A stretch of 44,158 nt of DNA from Alphaproteobacteria bacterium UBA3760 (GTDB lineage: Bacteria > Pseudomonadota > Alphaproteobacteria > Rs-D84). A model generated the notes under the pieces. That model was not told the DNA's origin, did not search any database, and saw only the letters and a list, made by a program, of their open reading frames with translations. Numbering within the stretch: the first letter of the stretch is position 1; every line of letters begins with the position of its first letter. The position numbers and the translations under genes are program-made. Where the stretch lies: positions 93,888-138,045 of the forward strand of contig DFGC01000005.1 of NCBI GenBank assembly GCA_002371155.1, read 5' to 3'. This document shows positions 1 through 10,311 of this stretch, piece after piece.

Positions 1-377
1 TGGTGCAATGGGCGCGGTCGCTGGGGGATTTGTCGGAAAATGCGGATTACAGTGCTGCGCGGGAAAAACAACGCCAAATTGACAAGCGGATTCAATATAT
101 CGAAGATATTATTGCAAATGCCAATGTTATAGATGTGGACAGTTTATCCGGCAACCGGGTTGTGTTTGGTGCGCGTGTTGTTGCCGAAGACGAAGATGGT
201 AATCGTATGCAATGTCGTATTTTGTCGGATGTCGAATCGGATGGTCGCCAGGTTATTTCATGTACTTCGCCGGTGGGGCGTGCGTTGATTGGGCGGTGCG
301 TTGGGGATACTTGCACTGTGCGGCTGCCGTCGGGTGAAAAAGAATTTGAAATTATCGAGGTTAAATTCAAGGAATAA
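1..377 (+). CDS. greA: Transcription elongation factor GreA (5' truncated by window)
   Basis: ARSLGDLSENADY motif and C-terminal ISCTSPVGRALIG. Confidence 0.95.
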   Translation, partial: VQWARSLGDLSENADYSAAREKQRQIDKRIQYIEDIIANANVIDVDSLSGNRVVFGARVVAEDEDGNRMQCRILSDVESDGRQVISCTSPVGRALIGRCVGDTCTVRLPSGEKEFEIIEVKFKE

Positions 378-411
378 TTTAACCGTATCAGAAAGGCGAG
401 GAAAAAAATTT

Positions 412-2205
412 ATGTCTGTTCGTGTGTTGCCAGATTTTTTGGTCAATCAAATCGCCGCCGGCGAGGTTGTTGAAAATCCCGCCAGTGTTGTCAAAGAATT
501 GGTTGAAAATGCGCTGGATGCGGGGGCGGACCAAATCGTCATAGATGTTGTTGATGGTGGCCGAACATCGATTACGGTTATTGATAATGGGTGTGGAATG
601 TCGCGCGAAGATTTGGAAAAATCTGTGATGCGACATGCGACATCAAAATTGCCAACAGATGATTTAACCAATATCACATATATGGGGTTTCGGGGCGAGG
701 CATTACCGTCAATCGCGTCGGTTTCCGATATGACAATTGATACATTTTCAAATGGTGCGCCAAATGGGTGGCAATTAAATGCGACGACGGGTGATGTTCG
801 TCCGTCAAATTGGGATTCGGGAACACGAATTCGGGTTGAAAATTTATTTGCGCGTACACCTGCGCGGTTGAAATTTTTGCGTGGTGACCGTGCCGAGGTT
901 ATGTCGGTTTTGGAAATTGTTAAACGGTTGGCAATGGCGCGGCGTGATGTCGGATTTGTTTTGAATAACAAATGGTTCTTTCCGAAAAATCAGGATTTAT
1001 TGGAACGCATGGCCGCCGTTATGGGTGATGATATTGGTGGGCGTATGTTGGAAATAAACGCGTCGTCCGAATCGTCTGAGTTGTCAATGACGGGATTTAT
1101 ATCGGAACCAACATTGCGACGCGCGTCATCGGTTGACCAATTTTTATTTGTAAATGGTCGCCCCGTCAAAGACAAGGTTTTGGTTGGCGCGTTGCGTGCG
1201 GCATATATGGATGTTATGCATGCGCGGGAATTTCCGTTGTGTGCACTGTTTTTGGAATTAAACCCGCGTAATGTTGATGTAAATGTTTCGCCCGCCAAGA
1301 CCGAGGTACATTTTTTAGAACCCGCCCATGTTCGCGCGTTTATTATAAAAAATTTAAGGGCGCGTTTGGCGGATACTTTGGTTGATAATGTTGCGCGCGA
1401 TGGTGGGGTGGTGTTGGCGCATGCGGATATTTCGCGTTTGGCAGATGTCGTGCCACAACAAATGAATATGCATGCGCCGCGTGCAGACAATTTTGATAAA
1501 AATAATAATTTTGGAAATAAAAATTTTTCTGTGAAATATGTGCGTGATGATTTTAATCGGGCGACAGATTTTACAGGTAATAATATTATTACAAATGATG
1601 AAAATAAAAATGTGGCATCGGTTGACGATGCGTTTGATGAATTTCCGTTGGGGCGGGCGATTGGTCAAATTGGTGATAAATATATATTGGCAGAATCAGG
1701 CGATAATTTGGTGATTGTTGACCAACATGCGGCGCATGAACGCATTACATATGAACGCGTGCGAAATCATAAAATCATCACCCAACCGTTATTGACACCG
1801 ATTGTTGTAAATATGCGGGACGCGGATGTTGTGGCGGTTATGACGGTGGCGGATGAATTGAAATCGTCTGGGTTGGTGTTGGATACATTTGGGGATACGG
1901 CGATTGCGATTTTCGAAAAGCCCGCTGCGTGGGATTTGAATTGGGCGCAATTATTGCATGAAATTGCGGACGAGGTTCGTGAAAACGGACATTCGGTGCA
2001 ATTAAATGAAAAATTGCATTTGAAATTGGCGAATTGGGCGTGTCATCATTCGGTGCGGGCGGGGCAAAAACTGGACTTGAATCAAATGAACGCGTTGTTG
2101 CGTGATATTGAACACACAACCCGTGGGGTGCAATGCAATCATGGGCGACCGGTGTATAAAATTATACCAATTTCTGATTTAGATATAATGTTTGAAAGAA
2201 TCTGA
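412..2205 (+). CDS. mutL: DNA mismatch repair endonuclease MutL
   Basis: NQIAAGEVVE, GFRGEAL, DQHAAHER, CNHGRP; ATG 412 after a purine-rich RBS. Confidence 0.97.
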   Translation: MSVRVLPDFLVNQIAAGEVVENPASVVKELVENALDAGADQIVIDVVDGGRTSITVIDNGCGMSREDLEKSVMRHATSKLPTDDLTNITYMGFRGEALPSIASVSDMTIDTFSNGAPNGWQLNATTGDVRPSNWDSGTRIRVENLFARTPARLKFLRGDRAEVMSVLEIVKRLAMARRDVGFVLNNKWFFPKNQDLLERMAAVMGDDIGGRMLEINASSESSELSMTGFISEPTLRRASSVDQFLFVNGRPVKDKVLVGALRAAYMDVMHAREFPLCALFLELNPRNVDVNVSPAKTEVHFLEPAHVRAFIIKNLRARLADTLVDNVARDGGVVLAHADISRLADVVPQQMNMHAPRADNFDKNNNFGNKNFSVKYVRDDFNRATDFTGNNIITNDENKNVASVDDAFDEFPLGRAIGQIGDKYILAESGDNLVIVDQHAAHERITYERVRNHKIITQPLLTPIVVNMRDADVVAVMTVADELKSSGLVLDTFGDTAIAIFEKPAAWDLNWAQLLHEIADEVRENGHSVQLNEKLHLKLANWACHHSVRAGQKLDLNQMNALLRDIEHTTRGVQCNHGRPVYKIIPISDLDIMFERI

Positions 2206-2296
2206 AAAAAATATTTAATTTTTTGTTTGTTATGAACATCAAAATATGGTATCATATGGGTATAAAATAAATCATGCAAATAAAAAGGAAAGAGAA

Positions 2297-2836
2297 ATGA
2301 AAAAATTTATGTTGTTTGCGGGGGTTATGGGCATTGTTTTGATGTCTGGTGCCGCGATGGCTGATGGGATAAACCAAATAAAGACTGCGACAACGAACAC
2401 GGTTAAGAAAACCGTATATAATATTCAATATGGTGTGCCGACGGGTGATAATGATGCGCGTGGTTATCGCAAGGGTGTTATTCCCCAGGGAAATGAATTG
2501 ACTACTGCAATTGGTAATACGGCGGCACCGGTTGTGACTGGTTCGATTGATGAGGGTGGTGCTATTTCTGTCGGTGGCTCAGATGTTGCGGTTGGACAAT
2601 TGCCGGCAACGGGGGCAACACCGACGGCGGCAAACTATGGCACGAAACCAACGGCAACGGTGACCGCAAATACGGCGAATATAACGGTATTGCAACGTGA
2701 TAAATTGGTGACGCCGGGTGCAACGGGGTCTTGTGATAATACACACCCATGTGGTTATGTTTCGACGGGGACGCATAAGAATACATCGACTGACCGTGTT
2801 TGGTTAAAGGTTGCGCTGGCGGCTGATGCACAATAA
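2297..2836 (+). CDS. Hypothetical secreted Thr/Gly/Ala-rich protein
   Basis: AAGGA RBS, signal peptide MKKFMLFAGVMGIVLMSGAAMA, followed by a terminator. Confidence 0.75.
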   Translation: MKKFMLFAGVMGIVLMSGAAMADGINQIKTATTNTVKKTVYNIQYGVPTGDNDARGYRKGVIPQGNELTTAIGNTAAPVVTGSIDEGGAISVGGSDVAVGQLPATGATPTAANYGTKPTATVTANTANITVLQRDKLVTPGATGSCDNTHPCGYVSTGTHKNTSTDRVWLKVALAADAQ

Positions 2837-2859
2837 GTTATGTTGTTATATTATTTTAT

Positions 2860-2891
2860 AAATCCGGCATGTTTTTATGTCGGATTTTTTA
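2860..2891 (+). terminator. Intrinsic terminator
   Basis: AAATCCGGCAT-loop-ATGTCGGATTT followed by T run. Confidence 0.7.
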
Positions 2892-2982
2892 TGTTTTTGT
2901 GTTTTGTGTGATTTTGTGGTTTTTTCCTTTACTTTTGTGGGTTTTTTGTCTATTGTTTTCACATAATCAAAAGGAGAAATTT

Positions 2983-3300
2983 ATGGAAACATCTGTGGAT
3001 ACGGTAAATACAATCGCAAATAATGGCGCGGTCGCCACCGAACAGGGTGGATGGTTGGGGATGCTGATTTATTGCGCGGTTGTGTTCGGTATTATTTATT
3101 TGTTTATGATACGGCCAACAAAACGGCGTATGGCGGAATATCAAAAAATGATTGATTCTTTACAGGTCGGCAATCGCGTGTTGGCGGGCGGAATTTATGG
3201 AACAATTAAATCTATAAATGAAAAATCAATCGAATTGGAAATTGCCAAGGGTGTTGTTGTTCATGTGAATAAAAATGCTGTGGCGGGTGTCGAAGAATAA
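2983..3300 (+). CDS. yajC: Preprotein translocase subunit YajC
   Basis: AAGGAG RBS; TM then YLFMIRP...LQVGNRV..GGIYGTI; upstream of secD. Confidence 0.93.
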   Translation: METSVDTVNTIANNGAVATEQGGWLGMLIYCAVVFGIIYLFMIRPTKRRMAEYQKMIDSLQVGNRVLAGGIYGTIKSINEKSIELEIAKGVVVHVNKNAVAGVEE

Positions 3301-3313
3301 GGGGTGTTGTGTT

Positions 3314-4873
3314 ATGTTGAAAAAATTGGTAATTATTTTTGTTGCATTGTTTGGGGTGCTGTTGGCGGTGCCAACAATGGTGCCGGGTGTGGCGAAATAT
3401 TTTCCGTCGTGGATTCAACCAATAAATTTGGGTCTGGATTTAAAGGGTGGGGCCCAATTGTTATTAGAGGTTGATACGAATCAAATGTTTGCCGATAAAT
3501 CTGTGCAGTTGTATGATGAAGTGCGTTCTGCATTGGTTGACCGAAATCGTGGAATTATCAAATTCGCAAATCTGCGCCAATCGGACGGGGTGGTGTCGTT
3601 GACGGTGCGTGAAAATGACGAAATTTCCAAGGCCAAAGGACGACTGAAAAGTGTCTTGGGCGCGGGGGTTGATGTGTCATCGTCGGGTAATGTTGTGCGC
3701 GTCGCATATACCGATAAACAAAAGCAAGAAATGGTGAACGATGCATTGAACCGCAGTATTGAAATTGTTCGTCGTCGTATAGATGCATTGGGGACCAAAG
3801 AACCATCGATTCAAAGCCAGGGTGGTAAATATATCTTGATTCAATTGCCGGGTGTTGATAATCCGGAACGAATCAAAGAATTGATTGGGCAAACGGCAAA
3901 GATGACTTTCCATTTGGTAAATGAAACAATCAGTCCGGAACAGTTGGCATCGAATCGTGCGCCGGCGGGAACTATGTTTTTACCATATATGGATAATCCA
4001 GAACAATTGGTGCCGGTTTATTCGCATGTCGAAGTGTCGGGCGAATCGCTGAAAGATTCCCAGGCGGATTTTGACCAAAATAATATGCCGGTTGTGACGA
4101 CTGTATTTGATGCGTCGGGGGCGCGGCGGTTTGCGAAATTGACAACGGAACATGTCAATGAACGGTTTGCAATTGTTTTGGATGGCAAGGTTTTATCTGC
4201 ACCAAATATTCGTGAACCGATTCCGGGTGGACGCGGTCAAATTTCGGGTGGATTTACATTACAGGGTGCCAAAGATTTGGCGGTGTTGTTGCGCAGTGGC
4301 GCGTTGCCGGCACCGTTGACGGTTATCGAAGAACGCACGGTTGGGGCCGGTTTGGGTGCGGATACAATTGCGTCTGGTAAAATTGGTTCGGCGGTTGGTG
4401 TGTTATTCATCATTGTATTTATGATATTAGTGTATGGCATGTTTGGTGTGTTTGCCGATATTGTGTTATTGGTGAATTTGGCGATGATTATTGGTGTGTC
4501 GGCGGTGTTGGGTGCAACACTAACTTTGCCGGGTATTGCCGGTATCGTACTGACATTGGGCATGGCGGTGGACGCGAACATTTTGCCGTATGAACGTATC
4601 CGAGACGAGGTTCGCGCGGGCGTTCCAACATTGCGTGCGGTTGATATGGGATTTACGCGTTCGGTCAAAACGGTTATGGATGGAAATTTAACTAATCTGA
4701 TTTGTTCGTTGATTTTGTTCGAATTTGGTGCGGGTCCGATTCGCGGATTTGCCGTGACATTATCAATTGGTGTGTTGACGACATTGTTCACTTGTTTGGT
4801 GTTGTCGCGTGTCTTGATTGATTGGTATATGCATGGCAAAAACAAAAAAATTGGATTTATTAGAAATAAGTAA
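3314..4873 (+). CDS. secD: Protein translocase subunit SecD
   Basis: LGLDLKGG, LRSGALPAPL, GMAVDANI motifs. Confidence 0.97.
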   Translation: MLKKLVIIFVALFGVLLAVPTMVPGVAKYFPSWIQPINLGLDLKGGAQLLLEVDTNQMFADKSVQLYDEVRSALVDRNRGIIKFANLRQSDGVVSLTVRENDEISKAKGRLKSVLGAGVDVSSSGNVVRVAYTDKQKQEMVNDALNRSIEIVRRRIDALGTKEPSIQSQGGKYILIQLPGVDNPERIKELIGQTAKMTFHLVNETISPEQLASNRAPAGTMFLPYMDNPEQLVPVYSHVEVSGESLKDSQADFDQNNMPVVTTVFDASGARRFAKLTTEHVNERFAIVLDGKVLSAPNIREPIPGGRGQISGGFTLQGAKDLAVLLRSGALPAPLTVIEERTVGAGLGADTIASGKIGSAVGVLFIIVFMILVYGMFGVFADIVLLVNLAMIIGVSAVLGATLTLPGIAGIVLTLGMAVDANILPYERIRDEVRAGVPTLRAVDMGFTRSVKTVMDGNLTNLICSLILFEFGAGPIRGFAVTLSIGVLTTLFTCLVLSRVLIDWYMHGKNKKIGFIRNK

Positions 4874-4888
4874 ATAAAGGTGGGTCTG

Positions 4889-5752
4889 ATGAATTTACAC
4901 TTTATGAAATATCGCAAATTGTCGTATTGGATTTCGGGTGCGCTGGTTGCGTTGTCGATTTTGGCATTGTGTTTCAAGGGATTGAATTATGGTATTGACT
5001 TTTCGGGCGGTATATTGATGGAGGTTCAACCAACAACCCCGGAATATACAATTGATAAAATGCGTTCTGCGTTGGCAGAGTTTAAGCCTGAATTACAGGG
5101 GGTTGATGGTGGTGCCGTGTTGGTGCGTGTTGGTTTGCCCAAAGGTTCAACCGATGCACAACAAAATGCCCGGGTTAGCGAGATAAAAAATATACTGGGC
5201 GATAATGTCAGTTATTCCCAAGTGCAAATCGTTGGACCGAAAATTGGTGGCGAACTGATTCGTGGTGGTATTTTGGCAGTATTGGTATCGTTCGTGTTGA
5301 TGAGTGTTTACATTTGGATTCGGTATCGTGGTGGTTATGCGGTTGGTTCGTTTGTGTCGTTGGTGCTGGATTTTGTGTTGATGTTCGGATTTTTCTCGAT
5401 AACGGGGTTGGAATTTAATCAAACTGCGATTGCAGTGATTTTGATGGGTATTGGATATTCGATAAATGATAAAGTTGTGAACTATGACCGAATCGATGAA
5501 AATATCCAAAAATATCATAAAATGCCGATGGATGATTTGATTGATTTGTCGGTGAATGAAATGATGCGTCGAACATTGATGACCAGTATTTCAACAATTT
5601 TGGCAATGGTTGGATTGTATATGTTTGGTGGATTGATGTTGCGTGATTTTGCGATTGCAATGACTTTCTCGGTTGTGATGGGAACACTGACATCGATTTA
5701 TATTTCAAATGTTATTTTGTATCACTTTAATTTGCGTGAAACAAAATATTAA
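4889..5752 (+). CDS. secF: Protein translocase subunit SecF
   Basis: GIDFSGG, IGYSINDKVVNYDRI, RTLMTS; alternative GTG start 4880. Confidence 0.96.
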   Translation: MNLHFMKYRKLSYWISGALVALSILALCFKGLNYGIDFSGGILMEVQPTTPEYTIDKMRSALAEFKPELQGVDGGAVLVRVGLPKGSTDAQQNARVSEIKNILGDNVSYSQVQIVGPKIGGELIRGGILAVLVSFVLMSVYIWIRYRGGYAVGSFVSLVLDFVLMFGFFSITGLEFNQTAIAVILMGIGYSINDKVVNYDRIDENIQKYHKMPMDDLIDLSVNEMMRRTLMTSISTILAMVGLYMFGGLMLRDFAIAMTFSVVMGTLTSIYISNVILYHFNLRETKY

Positions 5753-5790
5753 AAATTTTGGTCAATGTATAAAACCAAAGGGGGGATTAA

Positions 5791-7257
5791 ATGAAATTTG
5801 TAAAAATAATTTTTTCTGTGATTTTTGCATTGACCACAAATTTTGCATATGCCGCGATGGATGATTCGGCGGCGATGATGTTTTCTGAAATTTATGAAAA
5901 ATTAAATTCTGTGCAGTGGGGTGGAAAAAATATCGGTGTTGCAATCGAAGGATTGGAAAATTTAAGTCCCAATGCACATTTGGCGGCAACAAATGACCGC
6001 ATTGTTTTGGTGTGGCGCGATTCGATTGTTGGAAATTATCAAAAACCGCGATTTGGTGATTGGGCGGAATATGGAAAAATTACAACTGCGTTGATTGAAA
6101 AGATGCGCGACCGGGATGACCGATTGGCGGCGATGTCTGATGATGAAATTTATGAAAGTGCGGTTGCGGCATTGATGCGTGGAATTGATGAAAGTGGAAA
6201 ATATATTGACCGGCAAACGGTGTTGAATAATTCTGATAATCGTATTTTGACCAGTGTTGGTATTTCAGGTTGGCGCGAGCCCCGTGGGGAATTTCGTGTC
6301 GGTGCGGTGGTGCGGGGGTCGCCTGCGGATATGGCGGGAATCCAGATGTATGATTTGATTGACCGCGTCAATGGACGCGAAGTTGCAACGATGTCTGATA
6401 GTGAATTGGATGCCGCGTTCCAAGGGTTGAACAGTGGGACGGTTAAACTGTATTTATTGACACCAAATGGAAATCGAAATGTGGTTCTGCGTCGTGCGAC
6501 AATCGTGTTGGCGGATGCGGATATTATTTATCGTCCGATTGATAAAAATAATGGGCTGTTGGAAATTGTTGTGCATGAAGTGTCGGACAATGCTGCAAAT
6601 ATTGTGAACGAGGCTTTGTTGAAACATCCAAATGTTGGTGGGGTGATTTTGGATCTGCGTTCGGCACGTGGGGTTGATGCAAATGCCGCAACAAAAATCG
6701 CGGGTTTGTTTATGGGCGAAAAACCAGTTATGCGTGTCAGTCAGACCGCCGGTGAAGATATGGAATTTGTGCCGGGTGGCGATGCGATTACAAAAGCCAT
6801 GGTTGTGGTGTTGACATCAAATACAACAACCGGTGTCGCCGAAGCATTAGCATCAGCGTTTTATGAAAATGGTCGTGGTGTTTTGGTTGGAACACCGACG
6901 GCGGGAAATGCCCGTATCGCAACGCATATTGATTTATCAAATGGTGCGGCATTGGAATTGTTGAATAAATCTATTAAATCTGTGTCGGGGATTAAATTAG
7001 ATGGGCGTGGTATGTTCCCGATTGTGTGTTTGTCGAATATTCGTTCGAATAAACAGCAAAATGCGTTCTTTGTAAATGTGATAAATAATGATTTCAGAAT
7101 TCAAGATTTTAATAAAAATAAATCTGTAAATGTTGATGCGGTTCGTCGTGGGTGTCCGGTTATTACCAGTGGTGATGACGAAGATATGATGTCGGCGGCG
7201 GTTGCAACAAAAATTTTAACTGATAAAGTTATCTATCACAGATTGATTGCAGAATAA
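5791..7257 (+). CDS. Periplasmic PDZ + S41 (CtpA-like) domain protein, probably catalytically inactive
   Basis: Signal peptide; PDZ (GSPADMAGI..DLIDRVNG); S41 scaffold VILDLR, AEALA, GVLVGTPTAG. Confidence 0.8.
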   Translation: MKFVKIIFSVIFALTTNFAYAAMDDSAAMMFSEIYEKLNSVQWGGKNIGVAIEGLENLSPNAHLAATNDRIVLVWRDSIVGNYQKPRFGDWAEYGKITTALIEKMRDRDDRLAAMSDDEIYESAVAALMRGIDESGKYIDRQTVLNNSDNRILTSVGISGWREPRGEFRVGAVVRGSPADMAGIQMYDLIDRVNGREVATMSDSELDAAFQGLNSGTVKLYLLTPNGNRNVVLRRATIVLADADIIYRPIDKNNGLLEIVVHEVSDNAANIVNEALLKHPNVGGVILDLRSARGVDANAATKIAGLFMGEKPVMRVSQTAGEDMEFVPGGDAITKAMVVVLTSNTTTGVAEALASAFYENGRGVLVGTPTAGNARIATHIDLSNGAALELLNKSIKSVSGIKLDGRGMFPIVCLSNIRSNKQQNAFFVNVINNDFRIQDFNKNKSVNVDAVRRGCPVITSGDDEDMMSAAVATKILTDKVIYHRLIAE

Positions 7258-7266
7258 GGATTTAAT

Positions 7267-7950
7267 ATGTTCATTTCAAAACAAAATAATATCAAATGGG
7301 TGCGGTTGGTGATTGCAACGGTTGTTGTGGTGTGTTTGATTTGGGCAGGAATCGCAAAGTATGATATTCCGGTCTATGTATTTTTGCAAAATTATAATTG
7401 TGATTTGTTCAAATGGTTTGGATATATTTTTGATGGCAAGGTATGGGTGATTGTATTTGGTTTGGCAACGATAATTATGTATTTGAAAAAAACATACGAA
7501 CTGCGAAATGACCCAACAACACATATGCGGTGGTTTAATATTAAATTTTTAACCAAAGACGCATATACAAAATTGAAAAACAGTAATGCGTTTTTGGTTT
7601 TTTGTTCGTTGGTTGCGTCGGGCGTGGTTGTTGAAATATTGAAATTTATGATTGGTCGGGCGCGTCCTATATTTTTCGATGAATTTGGTATCGTTGGATT
7701 TTTCCCATGGACATTTGAATGGGCATTTAATTCAATGCCGTCTGGGCATACCGCGTTATCATTTGCGGGGTTGGTTATGTTGGGAATGTTGATGCCGCGT
7801 TTCAAAATTTTAACATGGACTTTGGCGATTATAATTGCGGTGTCGCGTGTTGCCGTTGGTGCGCATTGGCCAAGTGATGTTTTGTTGGGTGCGTTTATCG
7901 GTATGGTTATGGCAGATTTCGTTTTGTCGATTGTGCGACGAATAAAATAA
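7267..7950 (+). CDS. PAP2-family membrane phosphatase (lipid A / undecaprenyl-PP phosphatase-like)
   Basis: KxxxxRxRP, PSGH, SRVAVGAHWPSDV motifs; multiple TMs. Confidence 0.9.
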   Translation: MFISKQNNIKWVRLVIATVVVVCLIWAGIAKYDIPVYVFLQNYNCDLFKWFGYIFDGKVWVIVFGLATIIMYLKKTYELRNDPTTHMRWFNIKFLTKDAYTKLKNSNAFLVFCSLVASGVVVEILKFMIGRARPIFFDEFGIVGFFPWTFEWAFNSMPSGHTALSFAGLVMLGMLMPRFKILTWTLAIIIAVSRVAVGAHWPSDVLLGAFIGMVMADFVLSIVRRIK

Positions 7951-7956
7951 ATACAG

Positions 7957-7989
7957 ACCGATGGTTTGTTTATCATCGGTTTTTATTTT
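7957..7989 (+). terminator. Intrinsic terminator
   Basis: ACCGATG...CATCGGT followed by T run. Confidence 0.6.
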
Positions 7990-8035
7990 GGATATGCCAC
8001 TTTAATTTTAGGATTTTTTATGGTATAATCGGGGC

Positions 8036-10249
8036 ATGGAAGGAAAATCTAGATTTTTACCAGAAAAGTTATCTGGGGCATTGAAAAATTTAGCCTGGCG
8101 GTTGTTGGGCGTGTTGATGTTTTTGATGGGTGGGTTGTTTATTGTTGCCACGTTTTTTCATAATTCGGATTTAGATGGTTGGGCGGTGTCTAGTACATTT
8201 GGCAATCATGGTTTGGTTGGAAATTTTATCAGTTTTATGCGATATGTTTTTGGGTTTATCCCAATGATGTTTTTGTTTTTATGTTTGATGAGGGCAGGTG
8301 TGAATTTTATCGGTGGTCGTGATGATGAAATAACCCCAGAATATAATTTATTGCGCGGGTTTATTACATTATGCTTGGGGTGTGCGGGGTTTGGTATGTT
8401 GGTGCCGTCGTCCACATTTGGCGGACTGTTGGGGGCAATTGCGGCATCAGATGTTGGATTGCTTATTGGAAATTGGGAAATTTTGGTTGGTGTTTTGTGC
8501 CTGGGTGGATTTTTATGGGGTGCGGGAATTTTATTAAATATTAAATTAGAATATGTTTTGTATGTTGCGCGTTTGGTTTGGCATTCTGTGCGGTGGGTGT
8601 TATCGGCATTTCATATTTTGCCGGTGCGCGAAAGTGATTCTGATGAAGAAGAAACCGAAGAAGCCGAAGAGGTCGAAGAAGTCGAAGCCGATGACGCAAA
8701 TGAAAAACCCAAGGCAAAGCGCGCCCCGCGTCGCGTGCAGAAAAAATCATCGGGTGGCGTGGAATATGAATTGCCAGACCCGGCATTTTTGGAAAAATCT
8801 GTGTTTGGTAAAAATGTTGTGACACCAGAATTAAAACGCAATGCCGAAGCGATGGAGATTCATTTTGCTGAATATGGTGTGAACGGGCATGTGACTGGTA
8901 TTCGCCCGGGGCCGATTGTGACATTGTATGAATTTATGCCGGATAGTGGAACGCGTATGGTCGATGTTAGTAAAACTGTTAAAGATATGACGCGCGCGAT
9001 GGCCACAGAAAATATTCGTATTGCGCATATTCCATCAACGCAACTGATTGGTGTTGAAATGGTGAATCTGAAACGGCAAACGGTGCGGTATCAAACACTG
9101 ATAGACAATGATTTGTTTATAAATTCGCGTTATAAAATACCATTGGCATTGGGTGTGGATATTGGTGGAAATCCGATGTATTTCGATTTGGCAAAAATGC
9201 CGCATATGTTGATTGCGGGACGCACAGGGTCGGGAAAATCTGTGTTTGTGCAATCTATTATTACATCGATTGTGTATCATTTCACACCGGATAAATGCAA
9301 ATTGATGATTATTGACCCCAAAGGTGTGGATTTTGGGTTCTGGGACGATATTCCACATTTGATAACCCCGATTGTAAAATTGGACCCGGCGGCGGCTGTG
9401 AACGCATTGAAATGGGCAGTGCGTGAAATGGAGGAACGTTATAAACAATTACAAATTGTCAATGCGCGCAATATCGAAAGTTATAACGAAATCATGGCTG
9501 CAAAACGCGCAAATGGTGAAAAATTGACCCAACAGGTTGCGGTCGGCACAGATGAAGAGACGGGTGAATTGATATTCGAAGAACAAGATGTTGATATGTC
9601 TGATATGTCATACATTGTTATCATTATTGACGAGGTTGCCGATTTGATGAGTTTGGCACGTAAAGAGGTCGAGGCCTGTGTTCAACGCATCGCACAAAAG
9701 GCGCGTGCCGCAGGTATCCATTTGGTTATGGCAACCCAGCGTCCAGATGCAACAACCATTACCGGTGTTATCAAGGCGAATTTCCCAACCCGTGTTTCAT
9801 TCCAGGCGCGCAGTGCGATTGATTCTATTACGACATTGGGTGAAAAGGGTGCTGAAAATTTATTGTCGTGTGGCGATATGTTGTTCAGCGAGGCTGGGCG
9901 TGTGCCGGTGCGAATTCATGGCGCATTTATCGCAGATGAGGAATTGGCGCGTATTGGCGATTTCTTGCGCGCCCAGGGTGAACCAGAATATGCTGCGGGT
10001 GTGACCGATGCCGAAGAAGAGGCAATGGCGGCATCTGCGCCGTCGGCGGCAGAACAAAAAGCCGCCAAAGATGGCGATTTGTATACCCAGGCCAAAGAAA
10101 TCGTTGTGCGTGATAAAAAACCAACAATTTCATATATTCAACGCCGTTTGGGGGTTGGATATAACAAGGCGGCCGGATTTATGGAACGCATGGAACAAGA
10201 GGGAGTTGTCAGTGCGCCAGACGCAAATAATAAAAGACACATATTGTAA
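8036..10249 (+). CDS. ftsK: DNA translocase FtsK
   Basis: N-terminal TMs, Walker A GRTGSGKS, IDEVADLM, ATQRP, gamma domain IQRRLGVGYNKAA. Confidence 0.97.
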   Translation: MEGKSRFLPEKLSGALKNLAWRLLGVLMFLMGGLFIVATFFHNSDLDGWAVSSTFGNHGLVGNFISFMRYVFGFIPMMFLFLCLMRAGVNFIGGRDDEITPEYNLLRGFITLCLGCAGFGMLVPSSTFGGLLGAIAASDVGLLIGNWEILVGVLCLGGFLWGAGILLNIKLEYVLYVARLVWHSVRWVLSAFHILPVRESDSDEEETEEAEEVEEVEADDANEKPKAKRAPRRVQKKSSGGVEYELPDPAFLEKSVFGKNVVTPELKRNAEAMEIHFAEYGVNGHVTGIRPGPIVTLYEFMPDSGTRMVDVSKTVKDMTRAMATENIRIAHIPSTQLIGVEMVNLKRQTVRYQTLIDNDLFINSRYKIPLALGVDIGGNPMYFDLAKMPHMLIAGRTGSGKSVFVQSIITSIVYHFTPDKCKLMIIDPKGVDFGFWDDIPHLITPIVKLDPAAAVNALKWAVREMEERYKQLQIVNARNIESYNEIMAAKRANGEKLTQQVAVGTDEETGELIFEEQDVDMSDMSYIVIIIDEVADLMSLARKEVEACVQRIAQKARAAGIHLVMATQRPDATTITGVIKANFPTRVSFQARSAIDSITTLGEKGAENLLSCGDMLFSEAGRVPVRIHGAFIADEELARIGDFLRAQGEPEYAAGVTDAEEEAMAASAPSAAEQKAAKDGDLYTQAKEIVVRDKKPTISYIQRRLGVGYNKAAGFMERMEQEGVVSAPDANNKRHIL

Positions 10250-10311
10250 ATTTAAGGCTTTTTTATAAAATAAAAATATGTTATAATCAGCCTTGAAAAG
10301 GAGAAATAAAT

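Noticed and set aside
2824-2862. Possible dif site (AATAAGTTATGTT)
   Set aside because: Arm spacing and sequence do not fit the 11-6-11 XerC/XerD consensus.
4237-4977. Long antisense/overlapping ORFs (e.g. 4237..4977, 7392..7976, 12230..12895, 20453..20971)
   Set aside because: They overlap well-identified genes and have no recognisable motifs.
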